DNA of 64,000 nt, from positions 11,724,416 through 11,788,415 of the forward strand of contig CM119270.1 in NCBI GenBank assembly GCA_051294375.1, in the 5' to 3' direction. Of this stretch, positions 52,766-64,000 are shown one piece after another. Made by a program: the position numbers and the translations under genes. Positions within the stretch are counted from its first letter, which is position 1. Each line of letters opens with the position of its first letter. The notes beneath the pieces are model-generated. The model was not told the DNA's origin and searched no databases. It saw nothing but the letters and a program-made list of their open reading frames with translations. This stretch comes from Paraspadella gotoi (Eukaryota > Animalia > Chaetognatha).

Positions 52766-53628
52766 AGCCACAATTCGCCGACCCGTTTCGTCGAAAACTC
52801 TTTTAACACGGAACCGCTCGGCCGACAAAGAGAATCTTCTTCCAAAACGACGCTTCTCCGTCTTCCGCCGCTGCCGCTGCGCTGCTGCCCGCCGCAGCGG
52901 CCGCCGCCGCCGCTTCCGACGGACCATTCGCGGTGCCGCTGGATCGTCCCGGCGACGTCGACTTGGCCCTGAGCGGCGCGGGGGCGCGGCGTCGGTGGCA
53001 GCGGCGTCAATCCTAACGTCTCACCAACATGTCGCTCACCGGACGCCGCGAATAAGCGAATCAGCGGGTAGGCCTCATCGGCAGCAGCATGAGCGGCGTC
53101 GCCAGCGTTGGGAAAGGAGCCAGTCCGAGGTTGGACGAGAGGGGCACTATTTTCCGAAGCGCCCCATTTCTGATTCTAAAACTTTAACTTAAGTAAACCT
53201 TAATCTTTTTTCAAAGTGTTTAAACTTCAATCCTAATTCATCCTAACCTAATCGATAACTCTCATAGGAATATTCCTTATATTCCTAATATTCCTAACCT
53301 AATATAGGAAATTTTACTTCTATCCTTTATCTAATCCTTTATTCAGCCATTCCTATTCCTGTCGCCCCGGCGCGGCGTCGGTTGCCCTCGCCCGATCCGG
53401 TATCGTTCTCGGCGCCATGCACCCTTCGCCTCGCCGCCTGGGGCTCGGGCCCGACGGGCGCCTCACCGTCGTCGAGAGGGTCGCCTCGTTGGATCGGGAG
53501 GGGATTCTCGACTCGGGGAACGGCGTCGACGAGCCTCTTGGAGGATCGCCTGAGGATGTCGCCCATCTCGAGGAGGCCGAAGAGCTTCTTGACGGCAGAG
53601 TTGCAGGTGGGTCGGAGCGGTGAAGAGA

Positions 53629-53711
<83 letters not shown>

Positions 53712-55037
53712 ACGGACAAGTATACAGGCAAACTGACAGAAAGACACATTCAGACGGAGAAACAACAAAAAAAAAACCCAAAAAATGTTTAACTTCCCGA
53801 TTCTCCTCCCCCCCCCCACATTCCCCCCCCCCTTTTTTTATTAGGCGCCTCCTCTTTCCGACACCCTCAGGACGCCCCACAAGGCGTCGGGCGTCGGATC
53901 CAACCGGAAGTCGCGGACGTCGAGTCGTCGGGAATCCCACGCCTCCGCGGAGACGAGAAGACGGATGGAGCAAGAGGAAATGGAGTTTAACATGTCACAG
54001 GTTATTTTAAGAGAGGGGAATATTTAGAGGCCCAAGTAGGTTCTCTAATTGATTTAAATGTGAATATGGATAGTCCACCTGTCCCCGACATATTAGAACC
54101 GTAGCAAAGGATTTGCAACAAAGAAAAATTACTGAGAGTTCCAAACTAATTATTGTTTTTATGCTTAACTTACTGAATATGTATTTTTAAGGAACGCGTA
54201 CGCGATTGGCTCGTCAACGAAACGACGAGCGATTTCGAGGATGTCGGGTCTCCGGTGAAGGAATCTTCCGTGAAGGAGGATTCGTCGCTGAAGGAAGAAG
54301 ATTCCTCGGCGAGGGGTTCGTCGCCCGTCAAGGAATCTCCCGCGAAAACAACGCCGGCCGAGGAGGAAGCTCAGGGGACAGAGTCGGCGCCGATCGTCGT
54401 CGAGGAGAAAAAGGCCGAGGAGGCCGAGGTCAAGGAGAGGGATGCCAAGGAGGAAAGCAGTGGCGGCGCGAGCGGCGGAACAGTTGGCGCCGTCGCGGCC
54501 ACACCGTCTGTCGCGATTGATCAGAGTCAACTCTTCGATTCGCCGGTTAAACTCATGCAAGTGAAGTTATCGCCGATGAACGTGAATTCGGCGGTCGTCG
54601 GCGTCGGCGTCGGCGGCGGCGGCGTGACCGGATCAAATAAGGCGGACAATTTGAAGCAGGATTCGCCGCCGGAAGCGGCGATCGAGAAAGAAGACGCTAC
54701 TAGGTGGGCGCGGCTAGTGACTTCTTCATTAAAATAAAACCGATTACTCGATCAAATATTCAATTAGTTGTTTTCTCTTTTATCCCCCCCACCTTTAGAG
54801 TGCGTCCCGATCGCGACAAACGTGAGACTTCGACCGTCAAAGAATTGGCGGCGGGGATTTTCTCCCCCAAACAATCTTTCGACCGGACGTCCATCTCCGG
54901 CAGCGTCGGCAGCACCGGGGTCGGCAGCCTGACCGGTCTTGACGGCGAAATGACTCGGATGAGCGTGATGGAGAGGAAGAAGATGCTCAACGTCGGCGGA
55001 GACTTGAAGAAGGACATCGGGGTTTGAGAGATTCGAC

Positions 55038-55134
<97 letters not shown>

Positions 55135-56024
55135 GCAACCTCCCCCATTCTTTTCCCCAGCGAATCCCCGCTCCGCCTCTCCGGCAAGGCTCTCTCCGTG
55201 GACGAGCCATTCCGGGGAAAACGAATCTTGGGTGAGCAGACGTCGTCGACGACGGTCTTCTCGTCCTTCCACCCTCGCCCCGCGTCCGCCTCCGAGCGCG
55301 CTTTCCCGCTCCTCAACAAACGGATCTCTTACGCGGAGGAAGGATTTCCCAAGCAGACGCTCAAATCCGCGCCCGTCTGCGCCAATGAGGGGGAGGCGAA
55401 AAGCCTGGAGGCGGAGATCGCCACGGCGTTGCAGGGCGTGGGGCAGGGTGAGGGGTGTGAGAAGGATTGTGGTGAGGCAGAGTCGATATTTTAATTTAGT
55501 TTTATTGGTTTTTTGTGAGTGCGGGACGGTTGGACGGGGATCACCTTTCTTTATTGCTTGCGTTGCGATATCGCCGTTTCAAAAAAAATATCGGTTGAGC
55601 TGACGGGTGATGATTGCGTGTCTGATCGAAATAAGAAATCGCGTGGGATTCGTGAAGCTTTTTTGGTTTTTTTTAAATTTATAATTTATCGGTGTTTCCA
55701 TCGAAAAACGATTATAGCAATATCATAACAACAAGGACAATAACAACAATTGTTGGTTTCGTTCTTAAGGCCTGGATCCTTCCAAGAGTTGGCTGGATTC
55801 CGCCTCTCGTTCCTGCGCCCCCCCCAGGCATCGGCGGCTTCAGCAGCTGCAAGCAACAGCAGCATCTTTCGCCGCATCAGCATCCGGATTTTACTTTCGA
55901 CGACGAAGTGAACGCGATCGTTGAGCGAGATCCGACGTGGTTCGAAGCGATGGTGGAGTCGAGGGAAGATCGGATGGAGGTGAAGAGGGTTGGGGATTGG
56001 AGGGTGGGGTCATTGGGGTTATAA
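52766..56024 (+). CDS. Same gene, copy B (first exon absent, next to gap)
   Basis: Duplicate of ~39672-42915 with longer open frames (54255-54737, 55024-55494, 55692-56024). Confidence 0.55.
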
Positions 56025-56684
56025 AGGTGAGAGAACCTGGTGAACCACTTTAAAAGTGGGACCAGAGAAATTGTCAATTATCAGAGCGGCCTGATACTAC
56101 TTGGTAATTTTTTTTATTCAGCTTTTTCTTGATCGATTCTGATTATTTAAGTAAAATTCTATGATCACTGGATGGCTTTCGAGTTAGCCCTCGATCGTTT
56201 TAAACTTGTAAAATCCTTTAATGTGAACGACTTTCTCGCTGGTTCTTTTAGTACTAAAAATAAAAAAGTAAGAGGTGAGTCAATTTCGCGAGTAACGATT
56301 CGCCGAACAGAAGCCAAGTCCCCTTTTGGTGAGAGAATAAATTAATTATTAATCATCTAATCAATTCCTGACGACTTCTGCTGTTAAATTCTCCCTTCCT
56401 TTCTCTTCTCTTCTCTTCTCTTCTCTTCTCTTCTCTTCTCTTCTCTTCTCTTCTCTTCTCTTCTCTTCTCTTCTCTTCTCTTCTCTTTTATTTTCTTTTC
56501 TTATTCTCTCGGATCATCCTCCCAGACTCCGATCAAACCGAAATGAGTAATAGTTAATGAGGTAGATAATTTAAACGCATCGCCGAATAATCTTGCCCAA
56601 GAAAGTAAGGGTAGATTGATGTCATAAATTTATATAATTTTTTATTATCTTATTATCAATTTATCGATCTTAACCTAAGAGGAA

Positions 56685-56819
<135 letters not shown>

Positions 56820-56861
56820 CCTTTTCGTGCTCGTTTTGATAAAGTTCATCGCTTAATACAG

Positions 56862-59800
56862 GTTGTCCCTCCGCTGAGAAACGTAAACAACAACGCAGAA
56901 ACGGTGGACTATTGGCCGACCTACGAATACGACGACGACAACGACGACGACGATTTCGGCTTTGGCGACGACGACGACGACGACGACAACAACAACAACA
57001 ACAAGGACAAAGTGGAAGAAAAGGAAAAAAATAATGAGGAAGACGAAGGAGAAGCGTGGCTTCGACAGGGGAAGGTCACGGCAAAGGCGGAAAAGAAGGA
57101 AGACGCCGGGGTCGGCGGCGGCGTCGGCGGCGGCGCTGGCGGCGTCGGTGGCGTGTCGACTCGCGGAAGAAGAAAGTCCTTCGAAACGAGAGTCGATTCG
57201 TCCTCGGAAGGAAGAAAAGAATATCGTCCTTTGACGCGAGGAGGAGACGGGAGAAGTGGGGCGGTCGCCGCTTCAGCCGCCGCCACCGCCGCGGCCGCTG
57301 CTTCGCCCAACTCGTCCTGGGAAGGAAAAGGAAAAAGGGGCGTGGCCGTGGCGGTAAGCGACGAGATCCGCGTCGAAAATCTGGAGAAAGCGCGCGAGGG
57401 CGTCGTCGTCGCCGTGAGGAGGGACGAGGCCAGACGACGATCGGGCGAAGGGCGGAGGATGGAATCCTTGGGGGCGGAATGGAGAGAGGCCTCGAGGGAA
57501 GTGCGAGTTGATGAGGAAGATAGAGATGGAGACGGAGGAAAGATCGAAACCACGGACGCCAATTTTACTATGAGAAGGAAAAGAGTGAGTCAGAGAGATT
57601 CCGATTTCGCTGCTGGAGGAAGTGGGGCGGGTCACAAAGATACCAGTCTCACTGGGTGTAACAAAGATGCCGATGAAAACGATGCCTGTTTATCGTTATG
57701 TAAGGAAGAAGCCAGTCGGAGAGACGCCAGTTTAAGGAAAGGTAAAAAAGATGGTGGACAAAAAGGAGCCAGTTTAGCTTTAGGAAAAAAAGAGGCCGGT
57801 CAAAAAGATGACAGTTCGACGATGGGTAAAAAAGAAGGCCGTCAAAAAAGTGAGAGTTTAACCGTAGGTAAGAAGGAGCCTGTGCAAAAAGATGGTAGTT
57901 TAACTGTAGGTAAGAAGGAGCCTGTGCAAAAAGATGGTAGTTTAACTATGGGCGAAAAGGAGACCAGTTTAAAAGATACAAGTTTTTTGGCACGAAGAGA
58001 ATCTCGTCGAAAGGAGGTTGGATTTGCGGTGGCTAAAAGAGAAACTGAACAAAAAGATTTTAGTTCCGCAAAAAGTCAAAACGAGGCGAGTCATAAAGAC
58101 ACCAGCTTTTTGGCAAGAAGAGAGGCACGTCGAAATGCTATGGGTGAAAGAGTTACGAGCATGGCTAGTGCAAGAGGAGCGAGTCTGAAACAAGCCAACT
58201 TTGGGGTGGTAGGAAAGGAGGCCAGTCCAAAAATTGCCAATCTAATTGCAGGTGAAAAAGAGGCCGGTTTAAAACCAGAAATCCTGTCGGCGAGTGGCGA
58301 AGAGACCAGTTTTGTAGCCCGAGATAAAGAGACTATTCAAAAAACTGACAATTTTGTGAAGGAAGTTATTCAAAATAATCCGAGTGTGGGAGCAAGATTG
58401 ATTGAACCAATTCATAAAACCGTTGTATCGAAAAAAATAAATAAAAATAGTCAAAATAACTCGAATTTCATTGAAGAAGAAAATCATGCAGTGCAAAAGG
58501 ATTTGATTCTCAAGACAAAAGAGGAAGTGAGTGTTCACAAGGCTTCGCTTTTAAAGTCTTTAAAAATAGATGCCATTCTAAGAGATGCTGGTTACACAGA
58601 AGGAGGGGAAGGAGCTTTTAAAAAAGATACTGTCTGCACAAAAAAAGCAGAACAGCCCGTACAAATAGCTACAAATTTCGCTGAAGAACGAAGAGAAGCC
58701 TTTGTAAAAGATGCTAACTGTACGAAAGAAAGTACCATGGCCATTCTAAAAAATTCTGACAATCTGGAAAAAAGGGAAGAAGCCATTCAAAAAGGTATTG
58801 GTAATACAAAAGAAACGGTAGAAGCCGTTCAAAAAAATGCCAGCAACACTGGAGAGGAAAAGGCCGAACAGAAGGAAGAGAGCTTGACGGAAGAAGGCGA
58901 GGATGATGCTCCGCTCAAAGACGTCAGCTTCGTAGTGATAGAGATGGAATTGGAAGAGGAGTGGACGAACTACGACGGATTTGTGAAGATTGGAAACGTT
59001 GATTGGCGCGAGTCCGGAGACAAGAATGACGGACGAGGGGAAAATCTGGAAGGAGGAAAGAAAAAGGAGGACGAAGAAATCGGAGGAAAGGAGGAAGAAA
59101 AGGAAAAAGAAAAAGTGGAGGAGGAGGAAGAATCTCGACGGAGACTCATCGATACGGGTGAATAAAAATAGATTTATGTTTTGTGTTGAAGGTTTATATT
59201 TTTTTTAACAGAAAGGAACCTAAGTTTTTTTTTTATTCTCTCTTTCATCCTCTCGCTCTCGTGTTTTTGTATCATCATCGTCGTTATTCTCCGACGTCTT
59301 TCTTAACGTCTTCATCGCGCGATATTCTTGGCTTCCGAGACAGTAGTCATTAACCTTTTGCCCTTTAAAGGGAAGACTCGTTAATGGCGATGATCGAGGG
59401 CAAACTTTAAACCTCGCGTCTTTTGTTTTTTGAATAGTGGCTTTTTTCCGCAATACTCAATAATTTTTAAGTTTGAAAACAAAAAGGTAACTAATCGCAT
59501 TATAACGTCTGAGAAGACAAAATATGGTTCAAACTGCCGACGTTCTTATTTGGTCGTTGACTCTTCTTCTTGCAGAATCGGCAACGACGACAACGACGGA
59601 GGCAGATACGGCGACAAAGACGACGAAGACGACTCCTCTCAGCGACGAAAGAAAAGGGAGTGACGAGCCAGGGTTCTGTCAAAATGTCTCCGCCGGAACG
59701 GAAGTGACGCAGACGCCGGCGGCGACGGAAGCCGGCGACGTTGACGCCGCGACCAGAGACGGCGTTGTTGCGGCTGCGACAGAGGCCGGCGTCGTGGATG

Positions 59801-61345
59801 AAATAAGGATGGCGGAAGCGGCGGCGGCAGCGGCGGCAGCGGCGTCGCAGGAGCGTCCGGCGCAGATGGCAGAAGTGAGACGCGAGAAGAGAGAGAGACA
59901 GACGCAGACGACGAAGACGAGGAATCAGAAAAAGGCGAACGTGAGACGTGAAGGTGAGAGTCGGTGAGGTGAGTCACGACTCACGAGTAATTTTGTGATG
60001 TGAATATTTTTGAAGGATTTGTCTGAATGAGAGAATCAGGAATTAGTGAAAACTATTTCTAAGTCGTCATTAGTTCATTAGTAAATTCTCGTGATCATTG
60101 ACTAATTTTTTTATTAGTAATTTTGACCCCCTGATCGATTTGATACGCGGTTCATCGATGTGATAACTCACAATACATCTCTCTCTTTTCATTGCGACCA
60201 CCTTTTTCCCTTTGGGTGAAAGATCAAGGTCACGGTGAAGGTCAGGGTGAAGGTCAAGGTGAAGGTCAAAAGAGTCTCGGGTCCACGCCACCAAAATTCG
60301 ATCCGGTAACCGACGTCGAGGAGGGCGAAGGAGAGGAAAATAGGGATAAGACTGAGGAAGGAGAGAAGGAAGAAGCAGATGTCACTCTGGTGGATGGAAT
60401 GTCGGAGATGAGGTGGGAGGGAGGGAGAGGGAGGGAGGGAGGCTATCGCGTTTTACCGCTCACAATGCCAACGCCTAAAACGTTAATGTTAATGGGAGTA
60501 GCTGGATTGACTCTTAATAAAATTAGAAAAGGGATTGAGATCCTTGACTTTACACCCAATTCTTTCCCGCCCCTCGCCTTCTCTCCTTCAGCCAACTACC
60601 AACCACTCCGACCACTTGTATCGCCCACTTCTCCGCGGCGCCCTTTTCCGCCGCGTCTTCTTCCTCTTCCGGCGCCATCTGGTTGACACCGCCATCGGCG
60701 CCGTCCTCATCTTCGGAGCCGTCGTCTTCTCCTCGAACGACGCCGTCATCGTCGCCGCGAAAGTCGTTGAGGGATCGATTGAAGGGGATGTTGACGACGA
60801 CGACCTCGACAACGACGACGGCGATGCTGGCGAATCTCGAAGCGGCCGTCGAAGGACTCGAGGTCGGGCGCGAGGCGTTGGAAGTGGGCGTGGCGGAGCC
60901 GATCACCCCGACGGTTTCGCCAAGCGGTTCTTCGACGCTCTTCGCGACGCCAACGTCGCCGGGGTCGTGGAAGCGGTCGTCGACGCCGCCGACGGCGCCG
61001 CCTTCATCGCCGACGAAGAGGATAGCGTCGGCCCTGCATCAGAGCGCGGCGGAAGCGCCGGAGCCGCAGCGGGCGAAATCGCCTGTCGGAGGTCGACGTC
61101 GTCGTCGTCGTAATCGTCGTCGAAACCGCGCCGATAAAGAGTCGACTCGCTCGATGAGTCCGTCGACTCCTCCCCTGGAGGATCCGCGCATGCGTGTCCT
61201 TCTCCACGACGAATGCTTGAAAATGGTGGAGGAGGCGCAGCAGCAGTGGGCGATGCAACAGATGGAGGAACAGATGCAGAAGATGCAACAGCAGCGAGAA
61301 GAGCTTCGGGAAGAGGAGGGAGAACGCGGAAGTTCGCTCGATTGA
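56862..61345 (+). CDS. Large acidic/Lys-rich disordered protein with 14-aa repeats and C-terminal Gln/Glu coiled coil (copy B; may be the 3' part of the upstream gene)
   Basis: 2.3-kb open exon from acceptor at 56862 (753-aa ORF), then exons ~59577-59953, ~60223-60412 and ~60592-61345. Confidence 0.7.
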
Positions 61346-62166
61346 GGTTCGTAGGAGACGATTAATAACAACAACAACAACTACAACAACGAAATCGGTC
61401 GGGAATCTCGAAAGGAAAATAACAGCGAAAAATCGATAATCTTTTCGTTTAGATCCGGAAGTTGAGCCGAAGCGGTCACGCAACCCGGAGCGCGAAGAAC
61501 GCAGCTTTTACGAGTCGTTTCAACTTGTTTTTTTTTTCCATTGGCTAAATTTTAATGCTTTTCGCGATGTATATTGGTTGTTTAATATTTTTTTCCCGTA
61601 GATTATAACTCGTTTGGTTGTTTGACTTTCAAAAGCGAATTTTATTATCAATTTTATATCGTGGTAGAAATTATAAATTGGATTTGACGAGAATTGGAAA
61701 CTTACGGGTATATTATTTTTTAGAGGGTGTTGAAAATGAACTTTTTAGGTAGACAACATCATTTTTATTATCTTCGAATTATTTCTGACGAGTACAATGG
61801 TTTTCTAGAAAATTCAGTCAGATCACCTACGCTACGCCGTAGCCTACGGTTCTTGAGTTTGCACGGACCCCATTCGAATGTTTGTTTGTCTCTTTTCTTT
61901 CTTGTCCTCCTCGTATTTCCTCCACGACGATTGGCTTCTCCCCTTAATGTTATGTTTCTCTCTTATTTCTTCGACGCTTCCTCCGTTTTCTCCGTTTTCT
62001 TTTTTTTCCTCTTTTCCTCGTTTTTTCTCCTTTTTCCTCTTTTCCTCCTTTTTTCTCCTTTTTCCTCCATTCATTTCATCCCATTTTTTCCTTGTTTTTT
62101 CTACTCCGATTTTCCGATTATTCTCCACTTTCCACCATTTTCGCAGACACTCTCTCTCTCTCTCTC

Positions 62167-62249
<83 letters not shown>

Positions 62250-63684
62250 CATCTCTCCCAATTGTCGCTTCTTTTTTCCTCCTTGACACTAACTGCTTCC
62301 TTCACTTTTTTTATTCACTCTGTGGCGTCAACTGCCCTGGGGTTATATCTTATACGTCTCTTTTTCACCATCCCGAGTCGTTAGAAATTTATTCCACTTT
62401 TATTCTATGTTCCAGCGACTAACGATACTAATTTAATTTATATAAACATTTAAAGGTTAATTAGATTAGCTTTTCACCCAATTAACTCTACTAACTCGCA
62501 CACAACTCGACTCACCGATTCTCTTCACGTTCACCGACTCTTTCACCTTCGGGTCCATTCGACCCTCATATCGCCGGGTGACCTTATCATGTCCGATTGA
62601 CCCTCTCCCTCGCCCGCCTCGCCCGCCCGCCTAGCCCTGTCGAGTCTCTCAAGTTTGCCGGACCCGTTTTCCTTTTCCAGACGTCCGCTACCTCTGGGAG
62701 GGGGTGGGTATCCAGTTCAGATTTCCCCTCAAAAATTTCTCGTTCTGTGAAAGTTATATTTTTTAGTTAAGTGTATGCTTAATTTAATACCTGGCTGCAT
62801 TATAGACAGATGTATTTAATTAGTATAGTTTCAAGCCTTGTAATTAAATGCTGCGTAGGACGATGGTCAATGGACCTGTTTAACGCGTAAGTGCCAACTT
62901 AAAAAAAAAGGGTGTCTTATTTGGGTGTGAATAAATCGAGCGTTCACTGTACTTAGTAAAAGGAACATATATCGGGAATCGTTGCTACTTTTTCCTTCAC
63001 TTTTCTTTCCTTTTCTTCTCTTTTTTTTTAAATTCCGCTTCTCTTTTCCTCCCTTCGAGTTTTTGTTTTGTTCCGCCCAGGCGCTGACTTCACTAAGTCC
63101 AAGGTCTTTCGTTTTCTTCGCATTTTGCTCCGGTTTCTTAGGTTATTTCCTTTTTCCTTATTTCCCTCGTCCTCTTAATTTCTCTTAAATTGCCAGTTTT
63201 AATTTTCCTTATTTCATCTAGTTTTTTTTTCGCATCTACATTTTGCTTTGCTCGAGAATTAGTAGATCATTAGTCATGCACCGATGCTTGGAGTCATTAT
63301 CGCCCTCATCAACCTTTAACCTGGATATAAATTATTAAATTAAAACTTTATTGCGAGTTTATTCATGAATCTCTACGTCATTATCAGCAATAAGGATCTT
63401 ACGTGGATAAGAGCCTCTTCATACACTCAAGTGTCTCGTTACTTCCCACAGGGAGAACGGTCACACGGATCCCCTTTCTCGCGTTAGACCCCATTTAAGA
63501 TCCGCGTCTATACACGCCCCTTTCACGCCACAATTACCGGGCAATACGCGCCACTTTCGAGCCACACTCGCGCCAAGGTCGAGACAGACTCGTCTTGCAT
63601 AATCGCCCCATTACGAAATGCCTTTGATTTCATGAGTGAACCGGGGACGGGGAAAAAAGACGACGACGATGGCGACAGCAGCAA

Positions 63685-63731
<47 letters not shown>

Positions 63732-64000
63732 TTGAAGAGGAGATGGCGTCTTAGAAAAGAAAGTCGACTTTGGCGACGATGACGACTTTGAAGAGCTTGA
63801 CGGTCTCAGAAAATGGAAGAGGGTTCGAATAATTAGTTAAGTATAGTTGTATACAATATATGGTTGTATACAAGGTGCATATATACTAATCTAGTCCAAG
63901 CCTCAAGGAAAGAATATCAAAGTTAAAAACAGAGGGAGGGCGGCACTAAACAAGTAAAAGAGAGAGAGATTGAGAGAGAAAGAGAAAGCGAGAAAAAGAG

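Noticed and set aside
60535-61483. Alternative-frame and antisense ORFs (also 56921-57562 and 47784-48402)
   Set aside because: Shadows of GC-rich low-complexity exons; no independent start, splice or domain evidence

Overview
Eukaryotic (invertebrate animal) genomic DNA: AT-rich, many short GT-AG introns, abundant (GA)n microsatellites, four 25-N gaps and many single-base indels that look like long-read consensus error. The first 28.5 kb holds three near-identical copies of a neprilysin/ECE-like M13 peptidase gene plus a J-domain gene, and two copies of a COX7A-like gene; most of this forms a ~20-kb palindrome. 38.8-64 kb is a ~12-13-kb tandem duplication of large low-complexity genes. Both duplications may be assembly artefacts. 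The main find is missed by the ORF track because it is split by introns: a tandem family of seven secreted peptide-precursor genes (six on the minus strand at 29.1-37.7 kb, one at the palindrome centre, 18.2-18.8 kb). They share signal peptide | invariant Cys-Sxx(x)PGxDRxxPxP motif, a hypervariable Gly/Tyr/Phe-rich core, G-R(R/K)xR (amidation plus furin-type site), an acidic spacer and a twin-CX3C + Trp follower domain. Also present: a TRIM nested in a Tc1 relic inside one precursor intron, and a Penelope-type minimal hammerhead ribozyme. All family assignments come from manual translation and motif recognition, not database searches.
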